DNA from: Sminthopsis crassicaudata
Lineage: Eukaryota
Direction: 5' to 3'
NCBI RefSeq assembly: GCF_048593235.1
Contig: NC_133620.1
Span: 61,754,852 to 61,818,851, forward strand
Length of the DNA: 64,000 bases
Shown here: in pieces, positions 40,400-53,040 of the stretch
Numbering within the stretch: position 1 is the stretch's first letter
Layout: each line of letters opens with the position of its first letter
Notes under the pieces: generated by a model
Told to the model about the DNA's origin: nothing
Seen by the model: only the letters and a program-made list of their open reading frames with translations
The model's database searches: none
Made by a program: the position numbers and the translations under genes

Positions 40400-40850
40400 G
40401 TCCTCTTGGGAGGCTATTTTTAACAATTAAGTGATGGAGGCCTGTTCCAATAATCTTGTAAGAGAACAATCTACGCCCAGAGAGAGGTGGCCTGTGGGAA
40501 CTCAGGGTGGACCACAAAATAGTAGTTTCACTCTTTCTGTTATTGTTTGTTTTCCTTTTTGATCTGATTTTTCTTGTGCAGCAGATAATTGTATAAATAT
40601 GTATACATATATTGGATTTAACATTTTTTACCATGTTTAAACATATACTGGACTCTTTCCAACAGTGAGATGATTCAGGCCAGCTCCAGTGATCTTGTGA
40701 TGAAGAGAGCCATCTACACCAGAGAGGACTATGGGAACTGAATGTGGATCTCTCACACACAGCATTTTCACTTTTTGTTGTTGTTTGCTTGCATTTCATT
40801 TTCTCTCATTTTTTCCCTTTTGATCTGATTTTTCTTGTGCAGCAAGATAG
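40400..40850 (+). mobile_element. Two tandem L1 3' UTR fragments
   Basis: TTTGATCTGATTTTTCTTGTGCAGCA occurs twice. Confidence 0.6.
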
Positions 40851-40854
40851 TTCT

Positions 40855-41004
40855 GGGGCAGCTTAGGTAGCACAATGGATAGAGTACCAGCCCTGAAGTC
40901 AGAAGGACCTGAATTCAAATCTGCTCTCAGACACTTAACACTTCCTTAGTTGTATGACCCTGGGCAAATCACTTAATCCCAATTGCCTCAGGGGGAAAAA
41001 AAAA
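40855..41004 (+). mobile_element. WSINE1-related SINE
   Basis: GGGGCAGCTTAGGTAGCACAATGG...AATTGCCTCAGGGGG plus an A tail. Confidence 0.8.
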
Positions 41005-41267
41005 GCTATGCTCTGTAGTTAATAAAAAAAAAGTAAATTACACTGTTTTCATATTCTAAGAGCACACTTTGAAGGATTTAGTGGTTGATCTTATTCATGG
41101 TAAATTGATTTAGAAACAGGCAATTAAGCAAATATGTTATTTTTCCCCACCAGGACAGAATTAGGACTTAAGGATACTTAGAGCTTAATTTTTAGTTGAC
41201 TTAATTGTCATATTTGCTTATTGGGATTTTTGGCTTTAATTAATTAGATAAACAAGGCAGTAACATT

Positions 41268-41269
<2 letters not shown>

Positions 41270-41315
<46 letters not shown>
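41270..41315 (+). repeat. (TA)n microsatellite
   Basis: Read directly from the sequence. Confidence 0.95.
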
Positions 41316-41318
<3 letters not shown>

Positions 41319-41499
41319 TTGCTTAAGAAAATAGATGTGTTCAACAGACTACATGCCAGACACCGGAAACAGAAAGATCAAACTAAAACAGGTCTTTGGT
41401 TGCTTGAGGAGATGGAGGAAGAAAGTAAGAAAACAACATAAGAAAATAAAGCAATTTAAATGGAGTGACAACTGGGAAGGAATCAAACAGGAGGTGGAG

Positions 41500-41732
41500 A
41501 AAGGCAGTGGACAGAGGCCAGATTTGGAGTCAGGAAGACTGGAGTTTAAATCTGCCCTCAGACACTATGTGACTCTGGAGAAGCCACTTCACCCTGTTTC
41601 CCTCAGTTCCTCACCTGTAAAATAAACTGGAGATAGAAATAGCAAACCACTCTAGTATATCTTTGCCAAAAAAAAACCCACATGAGATCACAGAACATCG
41701 GACACAATTGAAACAACTGAACAACAACAACA
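41500..41732 (+). mobile_element. MAR1-like CORE-SINE with RTE-type 3' end
   Basis: CORE segment (CTCAGTTCCTCACCTGTAAAAT), then GCAAACCACTCTAGT...CGGACACAATTGAAACAACTGAACAACAAC. Confidence 0.6.
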
Positions 41733-42679
41733 TTCACTTTTTAATTTTCAATTTTAGTTTCAAGCATCAAAGCTTTCTGGAAATAGCCATAATTCAGTCA
41801 ATGCAAGTGTGATCTAACTAGACTTTGGATCTGAGATAATGACTCAATTGAGAAGCTCACACAGAACCTATATTTTCTCTAATTTAAGCATGTACTATTT
41901 TTATGGTGCTGTAGACCCTAATAGCTGTAGTTACTTTTTTAAAATATACTTTAGTATTTATTAAAAATGATTTTTTGAATCCCAATTCTCTCCTCCAGTT
42001 GTTCCCCCATTGAGAAGCAAGCAATAAACCATTATGTGAAGTCATACAAAATATGTTTATTAGTCATGGTGCCCCCCACCAAAAAAAAAGGGAAGAAAAG
42101 TGAAAAAGTATGCTTCAATCTGCACTTAGTTCCTCAGTTCTCTCTCTGAATGTAGAAAATATGAGCCCTTTAGAATTGTCTTGGATTAATGTGTTGATTA
42201 AGTCGACTGTAATTGTAGTTGTAGACTAACTTTGAGAATTTGCAAGAAATTCCAACTTCCTAATTTAATATAGATTACTATACATTTTCCTATGTTCTAA
42301 GAAAATCAGGATTCTCATTTATCCCAAAGTTGTTTCATTAAATGAAAGAAATATTTTATGTGATTCCACCAATGTTTCAAAAGTTTCAGTCTCACAGGAT
42401 TTGGAGCTGGATTAGGTGAAGATAACCCTATTAAGAGTTAGAGGGCCATAAAAGATAAAGAAAAAATTTTAACTACATAAAATTGAAAAGTTTTTGTTGA
42501 AACAAAACCAATGCAGATAGAGTTAAGAAGAAAAAGTATTAATTTGGTATTAAAAAAAATCTTCAAAAAACTGATAAAGGTTTGATATTTAAGGAATACA
42601 AATGTTTAAAAAAAAAAAAAAAAAAAAAGAGCTAGTTCTCCAAAAGATAAATGGTGAAAAATCCAAACAAATAGTATAA

Positions 42680-43116
42680 TATTATGGGCCAGAACTCTGT
42701 ACTTAAAACAAGGATTCTTACAAGGTGCTAACACAGTGGAATTAGTTATCTAATTGGTTATCTAGTTTAGCACGATGATGATGAATAGTTCTCTAGTTCA
42801 GTACATGTACTTAGTACTTAATACAGTTTTACAAGATTCACACCTATGATAATGTAATTATAATAGAACATTTAAGCTGGGACCAATTCAGCCAGACAGA
42901 TTCACTTCATCTAACACCCTTGGTGGCTGCCAGTCCTCCTGTATTTCCTCCACTGAGACCAAGCTAGCCCAGGCTCCAGGCAAGGAGACAAGAATTTGGA
43001 CTTTATCCCTGCTATTCTTGTGGTAATTAATCTGCTGAAACAAAAGCTGGTCCAAAGACTTTCCAGAAAACCAACCAGAATAGCTTTCAAAATAAAAAGC
43101 AAAATAATAATAACCA
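42680..43116 (+). mobile_element. Probable solo LTR (437 bp) inserted in an old L1
   Basis: TA(TG-like)...CA ends, 4-bp ATAA repeat on both sides, AATAAA at 43091-43096; L1-like sequence resumes after it. Confidence 0.5.
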
Positions 43117-43327
43117 ATAAAAGGATATTATAAATCATTAACAAGTGACTGACAACAACAAAAATGTAAATATAACAATTCTGAAGTTTCATTTCATCCC
43201 AGGGCAGGTAAAGATGACAAAAGATAAAAATGTTAAACAATGGCTGAGCTATAGGAAAAGGGCACATTAATACACTGTTAAGTGCTACAAATTAGTCCTG
43301 CTATTCAAGAAAATAATTTGGAACCTC

Positions 43328-44720
43328 TCAGACTTGTGGAGGAGGAAAGAATTTGTGGCCAAAGGAGAACTAGAGATCATTATTGGTCACAAAATAGAAA
43401 ATTTTGATTACATCAAATTAAAAAGCTTTTGTACAAACAAAACTAATGCAAACAAGATTAGAAGAGAAGCAACAAATTAGGAAAACATTTTTTACAGTTA
43501 AAGGTTCTGATAAAGGACTAATTTATGAGAAATCAAGCCACTCTCCAATTGATAAATGGTCAAAGGATATGAACAGATAATTTTCAGATGATGAAATTGA
43601 AATTATTTCCACTCATATGAAAGAGTGTTCCAAATCACTACTGATCAGAGAAATGCAAATTAAGACAACTCTGAGATATCACTACACACCTGTCAGATTG
43701 GCTAAGATGACAGGAAAAAATAATGATGAATGTTGGAGGGGATGTGGGAAAACTGGGACACTAATACATTGTTGGTGGAGTTGTGAAAGAATCCAGCCAT
43801 TCTGGAGAGCAATTTGGAACTATGCTCAAAAAGTTATCAAACTGTGCATACCCTTTGATCCAGCAGTGCTACTACTGGGCTTATATCCCAAAGAAATACT
43901 AAAGAAGGGAAAGGGACCTGTATGTACCAAAATGTTTGTGGCAGCTCTTTTCATAGTGGCCAGAAACTAGAAAATGAACGGATGTCCATCAATTGGAGAA
44001 TGGTTGGGTAAATTATGGTATATGAAGGTTATGGAATATTATTGCTCTGTAAGAAATGACCAGCAGGATGAATACAGAGAGGCTTGGAGAGACTTACATC
44101 AACTGCTGCTGAGTGAAATGAGCAGAACCAGAAGATCTCTATACACTTCAACAATACTGTATGAAGATGTATTCTGATGGAAGTGGATATCTTCAACATA
44201 AAGAAGATCCAACTCACTCCCAGTAGATGAATGATGGACAGAAACAACTACACCCAGAGAAGGAACACTGGGAATTGAATGTAAACTGTACTATTGTCTT
44301 TCTACCCAGGTTACTTATACCTTCTAAATCGATTTCTTCCTTAGCAGCAGCAAACAACAACAACAACAAAAATAGGTTCTGCGCACATATATTGTATCTA
44401 GAATATACTATAACATATTTAATATGTATGGGAATACCTTCCATCTAGGGGAGGGGGTAGAGGGAAGGAGGGGAAAATTCGGAACAGAAAGGAGTGCAAA
44501 GAATAATGTTGTAAAAAATTACCTATGCGGGGGCAGCTAGGTGGCACAATGGATAGAGCACCAGCCTTGAATTCAGGAAGACTTGAGTTCAAATCTGGTC
44601 TCAGACACAACACTTCTCTGGGCAAGTCATTTAACCCCAGCCTCAGGATTAAAAAAAAAAAAAAAAATTACCTATGCATATGTACTGTCAAAAAAAAAAG
44701 TTATAATTATAAAATTAATT
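43328..44720 (+). mobile_element. Relatively young 5'-truncated L1 (ORF2 C-terminus plus 3' UTR)
   Basis: ORFs 43617..43970 (REMQIKTTLRYHYTPVRLAKM...CWRGCGKTGTLIHCWW) and 43974..44177 are the L1 ORF2p Cys-rich C-terminus, broken by a stop. Confidence 0.92.
44529..44661 (+). mobile_element. WSINE1-like SINE inserted into an L1 3' end, 16-bp TSD
   Basis: TSD AAAAAATTACCTATGC at 44513-44528 and 44662-44677. Confidence 0.88.
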
Positions 44721-46243
44721 TTAAAAAATTAAAAAAAATTTTTTGCAATATAAAAAAATTAATTTGGAATGATACTAAATAACAACAAAAACAAAACCTA
44801 TTATTATTAATATTTCCAACCAAGAAGGTTGTATGAATAGAGGCAAATTCTTCTAAATTTACTTCAGTAAAAACTTGAAATTCCTACCATTCAAATTGTT
44901 GTTCTGTTTTGCCCAACTTTGTGACCCCACATCAGACAGAATTATGAAGAAATCCAACACAAACAACATTTGCATTAAGTGAAATAGAAAAGGAAGCCAC
45001 AAGCAAATCCAACACAAGAACAGGCAAATTTAATCTCCCCCATCATCATCTGAAATTGGACCTAAACAGAGCCAACAACAAATGAAGAGGGCCAATATAC
45101 AAACAAGATAAATTTAGTTGTCCAGAAGCTCTCAAGTCCCGGATGCCCTGTTTTGGTATTCCAGTAGAGAAGCCCTGAAGAAACTGCTCTCTTATGAATT
45201 TGTCAGCATAGCTAAAGCAGGGATCCTTCCCACAAAATCTAGTCCCTGGCATAAAACCCAAAACAAGGAACTAAATTGGAGAGATCTGTAAATCAAAGAA
45301 AAAAGCAACTAGTATCAAAAGTACTGTCAACCTAGAGATTCCCAAAAGAAGCAAGTAACTCTAATAATTGTAAATACTCAAAGAGGAGAAATATTACATG
45401 CTCTGATCAAGCAATCACTTCTAGACAAAATGTAAATATTTGTCTCCCACAACAAGCATCACACATACAAACATAGAATATACTTTTTGAGATGAAAAGA
45501 GAAAAAAGGTATCATATGAATAAAAATTTTATAATAATACTTTTTTAAATTAGAAAAGTGATCAGATTAGACAACGGGAGAAAAGTGATTGTCAAATGAC
45601 TGGGTAATGACCAAAAATATTGTGGTATACGTACTTCTCTACAATGCTCAGGACAAAGATGCGTTCTGCTCTTTTTGGAATATCGTGTGAAAATAGTTCA
45701 ATAGTAACTCAGCCCTTACAGGAACCTCCTAAAGGGTTCATGATCAAAGGCTATGAGCACAGAGCTCAGGCAACGTGTCTGTAAGGTGGGTCACCTCACC
45801 GGATTTTAAAAGATCTCTATTTAAAATTTGAATCCAATTTATCCTAAAATCAATAAAATTATTTTTAAATTATCTCAGAATTCCAAGGCAAAATTTAACA
45901 TCACAGGTATTCTCTAGGAAAATGTGTTTAATATCATGAAATTTTGTTCCTAAAGAACAGAAGCAAGTCTTGTGAAGAACAAAGTTATGTAAACATAATT
46001 TTTGTGTAACCTATCTCACAAGTAGAAAAGTATTTTGTAAATGTTAAAATGCTACAGAATTGTTTACTACATATACAAGTCATAGCTCTGAAACAAGAGA
46101 ACCTGAGATTGAACTAACATCCCTTTCAGCGACTTAAATCCCTCAGGCCTCTATTTGTTCATCTATAAAAATGAGTTGGCTAGATGAACAACCAAGTCCT
46201 TTTCAACTATAATTTTTATGATGCTAAGCCATACAACCCATCA

Positions 46244-46547
46244 TTAATACATTTTTCTTAGTAATACTACATGATTGTGAATCTTGGAATACCACAAAGT
46301 TGCGGATGACCCAAAGGAGACAATGGACTTAAGTAGGCTGAAGCATAAATTTCCGATAATTATCTATATACAAGGATAATCATAATGGATATCATTCAAA
46401 AAAGGTATTGTCATCAAAGTGGATTAGTCATACATAAAGAAAATACATGTTGTCCAGTATGTATATCTGAGGTTGAAGTTGAACCTCATTAAGCCTTCTT
46501 TGGTTTTGGGGTCAGCACTCTCTCCACTATGCCATGTTTACTTTATA
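46244..46547 (+). repeat. Left arm of a 304-bp perfect inverted duplication
   Basis: Exact reverse complement of 47703..48006, compared line by line. Confidence 0.95.
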
Positions 46548-47702
46548 TAAAAGGAAATTAGGACTCATAATACTGTCTCTTTTAAAGAGAAGTACCCAAA
46601 TATCTTGAAAAGACTTGGGGGGGAGGGGGAGAACACCTCTATATTTCAAATTCAGTTAACATGAAACAAAACAACTATATTACAGGCTTAATTTATGTGC
46701 TAATTTATTTGGAATTGAAGACAAAAGTTGATTCAATAACCTGAATAAAATCAAAATATAAATTGGTAAACAATGAAGCAAAAAGACAAAAGAAAACTAG
46801 CATGGGGTATCACACTGCACTTTGGGGAGAAATATTTATCTTGTTTAAATTTTTGTTTGTTTTTGGTAATTAATTCAACAAAAATTTACAAAACAACTAC
46901 AATGTTCAAAGAACTAAACTAGACACTGGAAACAAAGATCAAACTGAAAAAGACCTTTGCTAGATTGAGGAGAAAGTGAGAGAACAACATGTAGGCAATG
47001 AACATATATTGATTTAAAAAGTAACAAGTGGAGAGGAATCATGCAAAAGAAGAGAGAGCTACATGGCTCAGTGGACAAGAGCACCAAGCCCAGAGTCAGA
47101 AAGACCTGAATTCAAAACTGTCCTCAGACACTTACTAGCTACCTTGTGTGCTTCAGTACCTCTGCCCCCCCCAAAAAAATGCATGGGGTCCTGAAGAGCA
47201 GAACACAACTGCTAAGCCTGAACAACAACACGCAAGAGGCGACTCCTGGGTAGAGCCTTGGAAAAAAGGAGGGATGAGAAGGCAAGCACTGGAGCACCCT
47301 CCCCATTTGTGAACCACTGCCACTTGTGGTTTGGACTTGGATGACTAAGAGAAGTCGATGATTTTGTGCAATGCTGAAGTCAGTGGTCCTCACCCCAAAC
47401 AAAGAACAAACATGCTCCTTTTAAGGTGCATGCAGCAGCCTCCTTCATACTAAGGTTTCCCCCACTAGATTATAAGGTCCTTGAGGGTAGGGACAGTGCT
47501 CTTTTTGTACACCCAGCCCTTAGCACAGTACACAGTACATGCTTAATCAAGGTTTACTAAACTAATTCATTCTTTGTTACCATAAAAAGCATTAAAAATT
47601 TACATTTTCTCCAATCAAACAGGATTAAAGATACTAACAGCTATTTGATCCTCATTACAACTTTGTAACTTTGTATATGCTTTTTTTATCTACTTGAGCA
47701 GG

Positions 47703-48006
47703 TATAAAGTAAACATGGCATAGTGGAGAGAGTGCTGACCCCAAAACCAAAGAAGGCTTAATGAGGTTCAACTTCAACCTCAGATATACATACTGGACAA
47801 CATGTATTTTCTTTATGTATGACTAATCCACTTTGATGACAATACCTTTTTTGAATGATATCCATTATGATTATCCTTGTATATAGATAATTATCGGAAA
47901 TTTATGCTTCAGCCTACTTAAGTCCATTGTCTCCTTTGGGTCATCCGCAACTTTGTGGTATTCCAAGATTCACAATCATGTAGTATTACTAAGAAAAATG
48001 TATTAA
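47703..48006 (-). repeat. Right arm of a 304-bp perfect inverted duplication
   Basis: Exact reverse complement of 46244..46547. Confidence 0.95.
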
Positions 48007-49120
48007 GAGCACCAGCCCTGAAGTCAGGAGAACCTGATATCATTTTTTGCTCCAGGATTACAGAGCTAATAAATGTCTGTCAGAGAAATTGGACTCAGCA
48101 ATTGTGTACTATGATAGGACATCATATTTTTCTGGGGGAAAAATTTGTTACTGTCATGTGCATATAAAAAGCATATGCACTTTAGGGGGACACATTTTTA
48201 TGAAGTTGGGTGTTTTCTTAGCTGAGCCATATGGGTTGATGAGTATAAAAGATTCAACTTCCAAAAGAAAACCACTGTTAATGAGGTGGGACAAAAAAGA
48301 CTGAGTGAAAGATAAGTGATGGCAAAAAACCCAAAAGACAAACTATCTGGAACACTCAAAGAACAAGTGTGGCTAACTTTTAACTGTTTTTTCTAAAGTT
48401 GAATATAGTAATATCAACTTTAAGGAGAAATCTTTCTAAAATGAATTAATATAGTCCCCTTCCTGGAAAAAAAAAAAAAAAAAGACTGAACCCTTTCCTT
48501 CACAACAAAGACCTTTCAAATATTAGTTATTTTTTCTGTAATGGGGATAAATAGAAGCCTTCTCAAAAGATCAGGGGTGAAAGCAAGGATGCTCATTATC
48601 ACCACCATTATTCAATATTGTACAAGAAATGTTAGTTATATCAACAATAGAAAAAGAAATTGACAATTAGAATAGGCAATAAGAGAACAAAATTATCACA
48701 GATGATATGATGGCATATATAAAGAATTTCCTAATAAATTACCTGAAATCATTAATAACTTTAGCAAAGTTTCAGGATACAAAATAAGCTCACATAAATC
48801 AGCATTTTTATATTTTACCAACAAAGCCCAAGAAAGAGAAATTCTATTTAAAATGTCCATAATAAATACTTTCAAGTCTACCTGTCAAGACAAACCTAGG
48901 AATTATATGAACACATTTTTCACACAAATAAAGTCGAGTCTAAACAACTGGAAAAGATATCAATTGCTCATGGATAGATCAAGCCAATATAATTCTACCT
49001 AAATTATTCTAAATATTTATTCAGTACCATCAAAATACCAAAAATTACTTTATATAACTTTAAAAAATTCATCTGGAAGATCAAGAATATTAAGGGAATC
49101 AATTTAAAAATGTGAAGGAA

Positions 49121-49272
49121 GGTGGCGCAGTGGATAAGAGCACCAGCCCTGAAGTCAGGAGAACCTGAGTTCAAATCTGACCTCAGACACTTAATTTAAC
49201 ACTTCCTAGTTGTGTGACCCTGGGCAAGTCACTAAACCCCAACTGCATCAGAAAAAAAAAAAAAAAAAAAAA
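49121..49272 (+). mobile_element. 5'-truncated SINE nested in an old L1
   Basis: GTGAAGGAAGGTGG occurs on both sides; long A tail. Confidence 0.8.
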
Positions 49273-49853
49273 GTGAAGGAAGGTGGTCTAGCAAAACCAG
49301 ATCTCAACCTATATTACAAAGCAGTTAATTTACCAAAACTATCTGGTACTGGCTAAGAAATAAGAGTGGTGGACCAGTGGAATGGATTAGGCATACATTA
49401 CAGAATAATAAATGACCATAGTAACAAACCCAAACATGCAAGCTTTTGGAACAAAAACTCATTATATGACAACTCCCTGCACCCTCACCCCCCCAAAAAA
49501 AATTGCTGGGAAAAATGATAAATAGTATGGCAGAAAATGGGTTGGAAAACATCTCATACCACTATATACCTAGATAAGGTCCAAATGGATACATAATATA
49601 CACATAAAGGATGAAACTATAAGAAATTAGGAGAGATGCAATAGTATATTTGTCAGATCTATGAATAAAAGAATTTAGGACCAAAGAAAATAGAGACAGC
49701 ATTATAAGATGTAAAACATAATTTTGATTACATAAAATTAAGTTTTTGCAAAAACAAAACCAAAGCAACAAAAATTGAAAGGAAAGCAAAAAGCTGGGGG
49801 GGGGGGGGGAGGAGTAGAAATTATTCCCAATTGATAGTCAAAAGATATAAACA

Positions 49854-49997
49854 GGGGTAGCTAGATGGAGCAGTGGATAGAGCACCAGCCCCGAATTCAG
49901 GAGGACCCGAGTTCAAATCTGATCTCAGACACTTAAACGCTTCCTAGCTGTGTGACCCTGGGCAAGTCACTTAACCCCAGCCTCAGGGGGGGGGGGG
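49854..49997 (+). mobile_element. WSINE1-like SINE with G12 tail
   Basis: Consensus-like body, then G12 at 49986-49997. Confidence 0.87.
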
Positions 49998-51118
49998 AAG
50001 ATAAACAAGCAGTTTTCAGATAAACAAATGCAAATTATTTATAATCATATGAAAAAATGCTCTAAATCACTATCAATTAGGGAAATGCAAATTAAACCAA
50101 TTCTGACATACCATCTCAAACCTATCAGATTGACTGATAAAAAGGAAAATTATAAATGTGGAGGGGATGTGGGGAAAAGTGGCACATTAAATCACTGTTG
50201 ATTGAGTCATGAACTGATCTAAACTTTCTAGAGAACAATTATGAAATATATCCAAGGGCTATAAAATTGTGCATCCATATCATCCTTAGACCTATATCCC
50301 AAAGACATCCAAAAAGGGAGGAGAGGGAGATCAAGAGATGAGAGGAAAGACCTATTTGTACTAAAATATTTATAGTGACTTTTTGTAGTGTAGAAAGGAA
50401 AAAAAAAATTAAAAAAAAGTTTTACATTCAAAATTCATCAGTTCTTTCTCTGGAAGCAGAAAGCATTTTTCATCATGAATGCTTTGGAATTTTCTTCAAT
50501 GTACTGATCAGAATAGCTAAGTTTTTTCAGGTGGTTATATTAAAATATTGCTGTTAGTACTTTTTTGGATAGCTAAAAATTGGAAATCCAGAGTAAGCCC
50601 ATCAATTAGGGAAGAGCTGAACCAGCTGTGGTATATGATCTTGATGAAACATTAGTGGGATATAAGCAATGACAAGATGATTTCAGAAAAATCTGAATTT
50701 ACATGAAGTGATACAAAGTGAGCAGAACCAGGAGAATATTGAATACAGCAACAGAAATAACATGTGATAAAAAATTGTGAATAACTAAACAATTATCAGT
50801 AATACAATGATCTAAGGCAATCCCAAAAAATTCATGATGAAACATCAGTCTCCAAAAAAAAAAAAAAAAAAAAAAAGATATTGTGTGAATATAAACTGAG
50901 GCACACTATTTTTCACTTTTCTTTTGTTGTTGTGCTCAAATCTTCTTGTACAAAATGACTAATAAGGAAATGTTTTACATGATTGCAGATGTATAACATA
51001 TCAAACTGCTTACCATCAAGGAAGGACAAAATGTGGAACTCAAACAAAAAAAGTTTAAAAAATTGTTTTAACATATAATTGGAACAAATAAAATATCGCA
51101 CAAATTAAAAAAAATTCC

Positions 51119-51120
<2 letters not shown>

Positions 51121-51172
<52 letters not shown>

Positions 51173-51185
51173 GTATATATACACA
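51121..51185 (+). repeat. (TA)n(CA)n compound microsatellite
   Basis: Read directly from the sequence. Confidence 0.9.
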
Positions 51186-52900
51186 CTGAGCTAGAATACA
51201 TGATCACATTTTATGTGATTATAACTTCAAATACAGGTGACCACTTCAAGTATTCAATGTTTCATATTAGGATTCAGTTGTATTAGCTAGCATTTATATA
51301 CCACTTCAAAGTTTGCTAAATGCTTCATAAATACTATCTCATTTTATCCTCACAACAATAAATTATGATCTGCAAACATTTGCTATGGTACAATAATGTC
51401 CCAAAAGTACTTGATCCAGAATTGAATACTACCTGTCACCAATCTAGCTCTAACTATGGGAAAATTATGACCTAGAAATTACTTTGCATTGTAAAATTAA
51501 GTATAGACATATATATTACCAACTTCAGTCCCACAGTGAAAGTCAGATAAAATGTTAAAAGTGCTTTGTAACCATTAAGTACTCATTACACAAACTATCA
51601 CCATATATACAATTCTGGCTTCTAATCTCTTATGAGATAGGGAAGCAGATAAAGACTTGTAACATTGCCACAGAGATATGACTAAGTTCTGAGGAAAAAC
51701 TTTCGAGGCTCTCCTATGAGTTTTAATATGAGAATTCTAATGACATCGATTTTCTCTATTCAAAGGCCTTCTCATTAATACCTGGTTTAAGGTTGTATTC
51801 TAGAAAAATTTAAGATTATTGTAAATTATAACTGAAAACCTAAACACCCTGCTTTAAACCCTAAATCTAATTAATCTGGTATGTTAGTTTTCCAGTAAGT
51901 TGTCATTTAAAAAGAAATACCTAATGATGTAAAAACCAAAGAAGAGGGAAAACAAAAAATAACTAGTTTTCACAAGTGCTCTGACCCATTCTCTAAAGCA
52001 CAGGTCTGAATATCTTTGCCCTGTTCAAAAAAGGTCTATAATCTCTAAGATAACATACAAGCCTTTCCCATTCCAGTACTAAACTATTTTTCCAGATTTA
52101 TTTTATTTTGCTGCACTTACTTCTATACATACCCTTCCTTCCAAGCCACTTTCTACACCTTTGTTCCCTTTCCCTTCCCTTCCCTTTCCCTTTATTTCCT
52201 CACCTTCCTCAGCCTACATCTCAGCAATCTAAGCTCCCTCCCTTCAAGGCTCAGCTCACAGTCTTTGTTCCCTAACCCCTTTCCTGCCAGTTAGTGCTCT
52301 TCCTTTCTCAAAGCCAGAAATTCCTTTGTATGCACTTTGACTTTATACCAAATAGTTCATATACCATTGCTTCCTGGTAAAATGGAAGTTCCTTGAGAGC
52401 AGATGCTTTCATTTTTGCCTTATCTCCCTAGAGCCCAGAATCAAAGGAGAATGCTTCCTGAACTGAAGTCCTTCAAATGACTCATTCTTTAATTACTACA
52501 ATGCTTCAATAATTTGACAAGATCACAGATCTATAGATTCAGATTGCTTCCATCTCTGTACAGGGTCCCAACCCAGTCTCCAAATTCTGAGTCAAAGAAC
52601 AAATGAAAAAACAAAACTTTTTATCAGTGCCAAAAATTTAAATTTTTCTTTCATATGATCTTACAAACATGCCTGGGATGACCCCTGAATCAGGGAGCAA
52701 TAGATTCAAATCCTAGCTCTGACATATACAGGCTGAGTAATTCTGGACAGGTCACTTAGGGGATGCAATGTTGCAGGCAATTTTCTCAAATTGTAAATCG
52801 AAAAATCTGCTATAGAAACTCCCAACACCAATGAAATCACAGGACTAGACAAAAACCAATTACTATTTTTGGGTATCCTTAACAAGTAAATAAAGGCTAG

Positions 52901-53040
52901 AGGGCACCTAGGTGGTACAGTGGAGAGCATGGCTCTGGAGTCAGGAGGGATCTGAGTTCAAATCCTAACACACACTTAAAACACTTCCTAGCTTTGTGAC
53001 CCTGGCCAAGTCACTTAACCCCAGCTTCGGGGGTGGGGAG
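52901..53040 (+). mobile_element. WSINE1-like SINE, G-rich tail
   Basis: SINE body ending CCCCAGCTTCGGGGGTGGGG. Confidence 0.78.

Larger units (their letters stand above)
48530..50900 (+). mobile_element. Old fragmented L1 ORF2/3' region with nested SINEs
   Basis: Degenerate ORF2-like motifs (CAAGGATGCTCATTATCACCAC, GAAATGCAAATTAAAC). Confidence 0.65.

Noticed and set aside
43617-44177. 117-aa and 67-aa ORFs with a Cys/His-rich motif
   Set aside because: Broken L1 ORF2p C-terminus, not a host gene.
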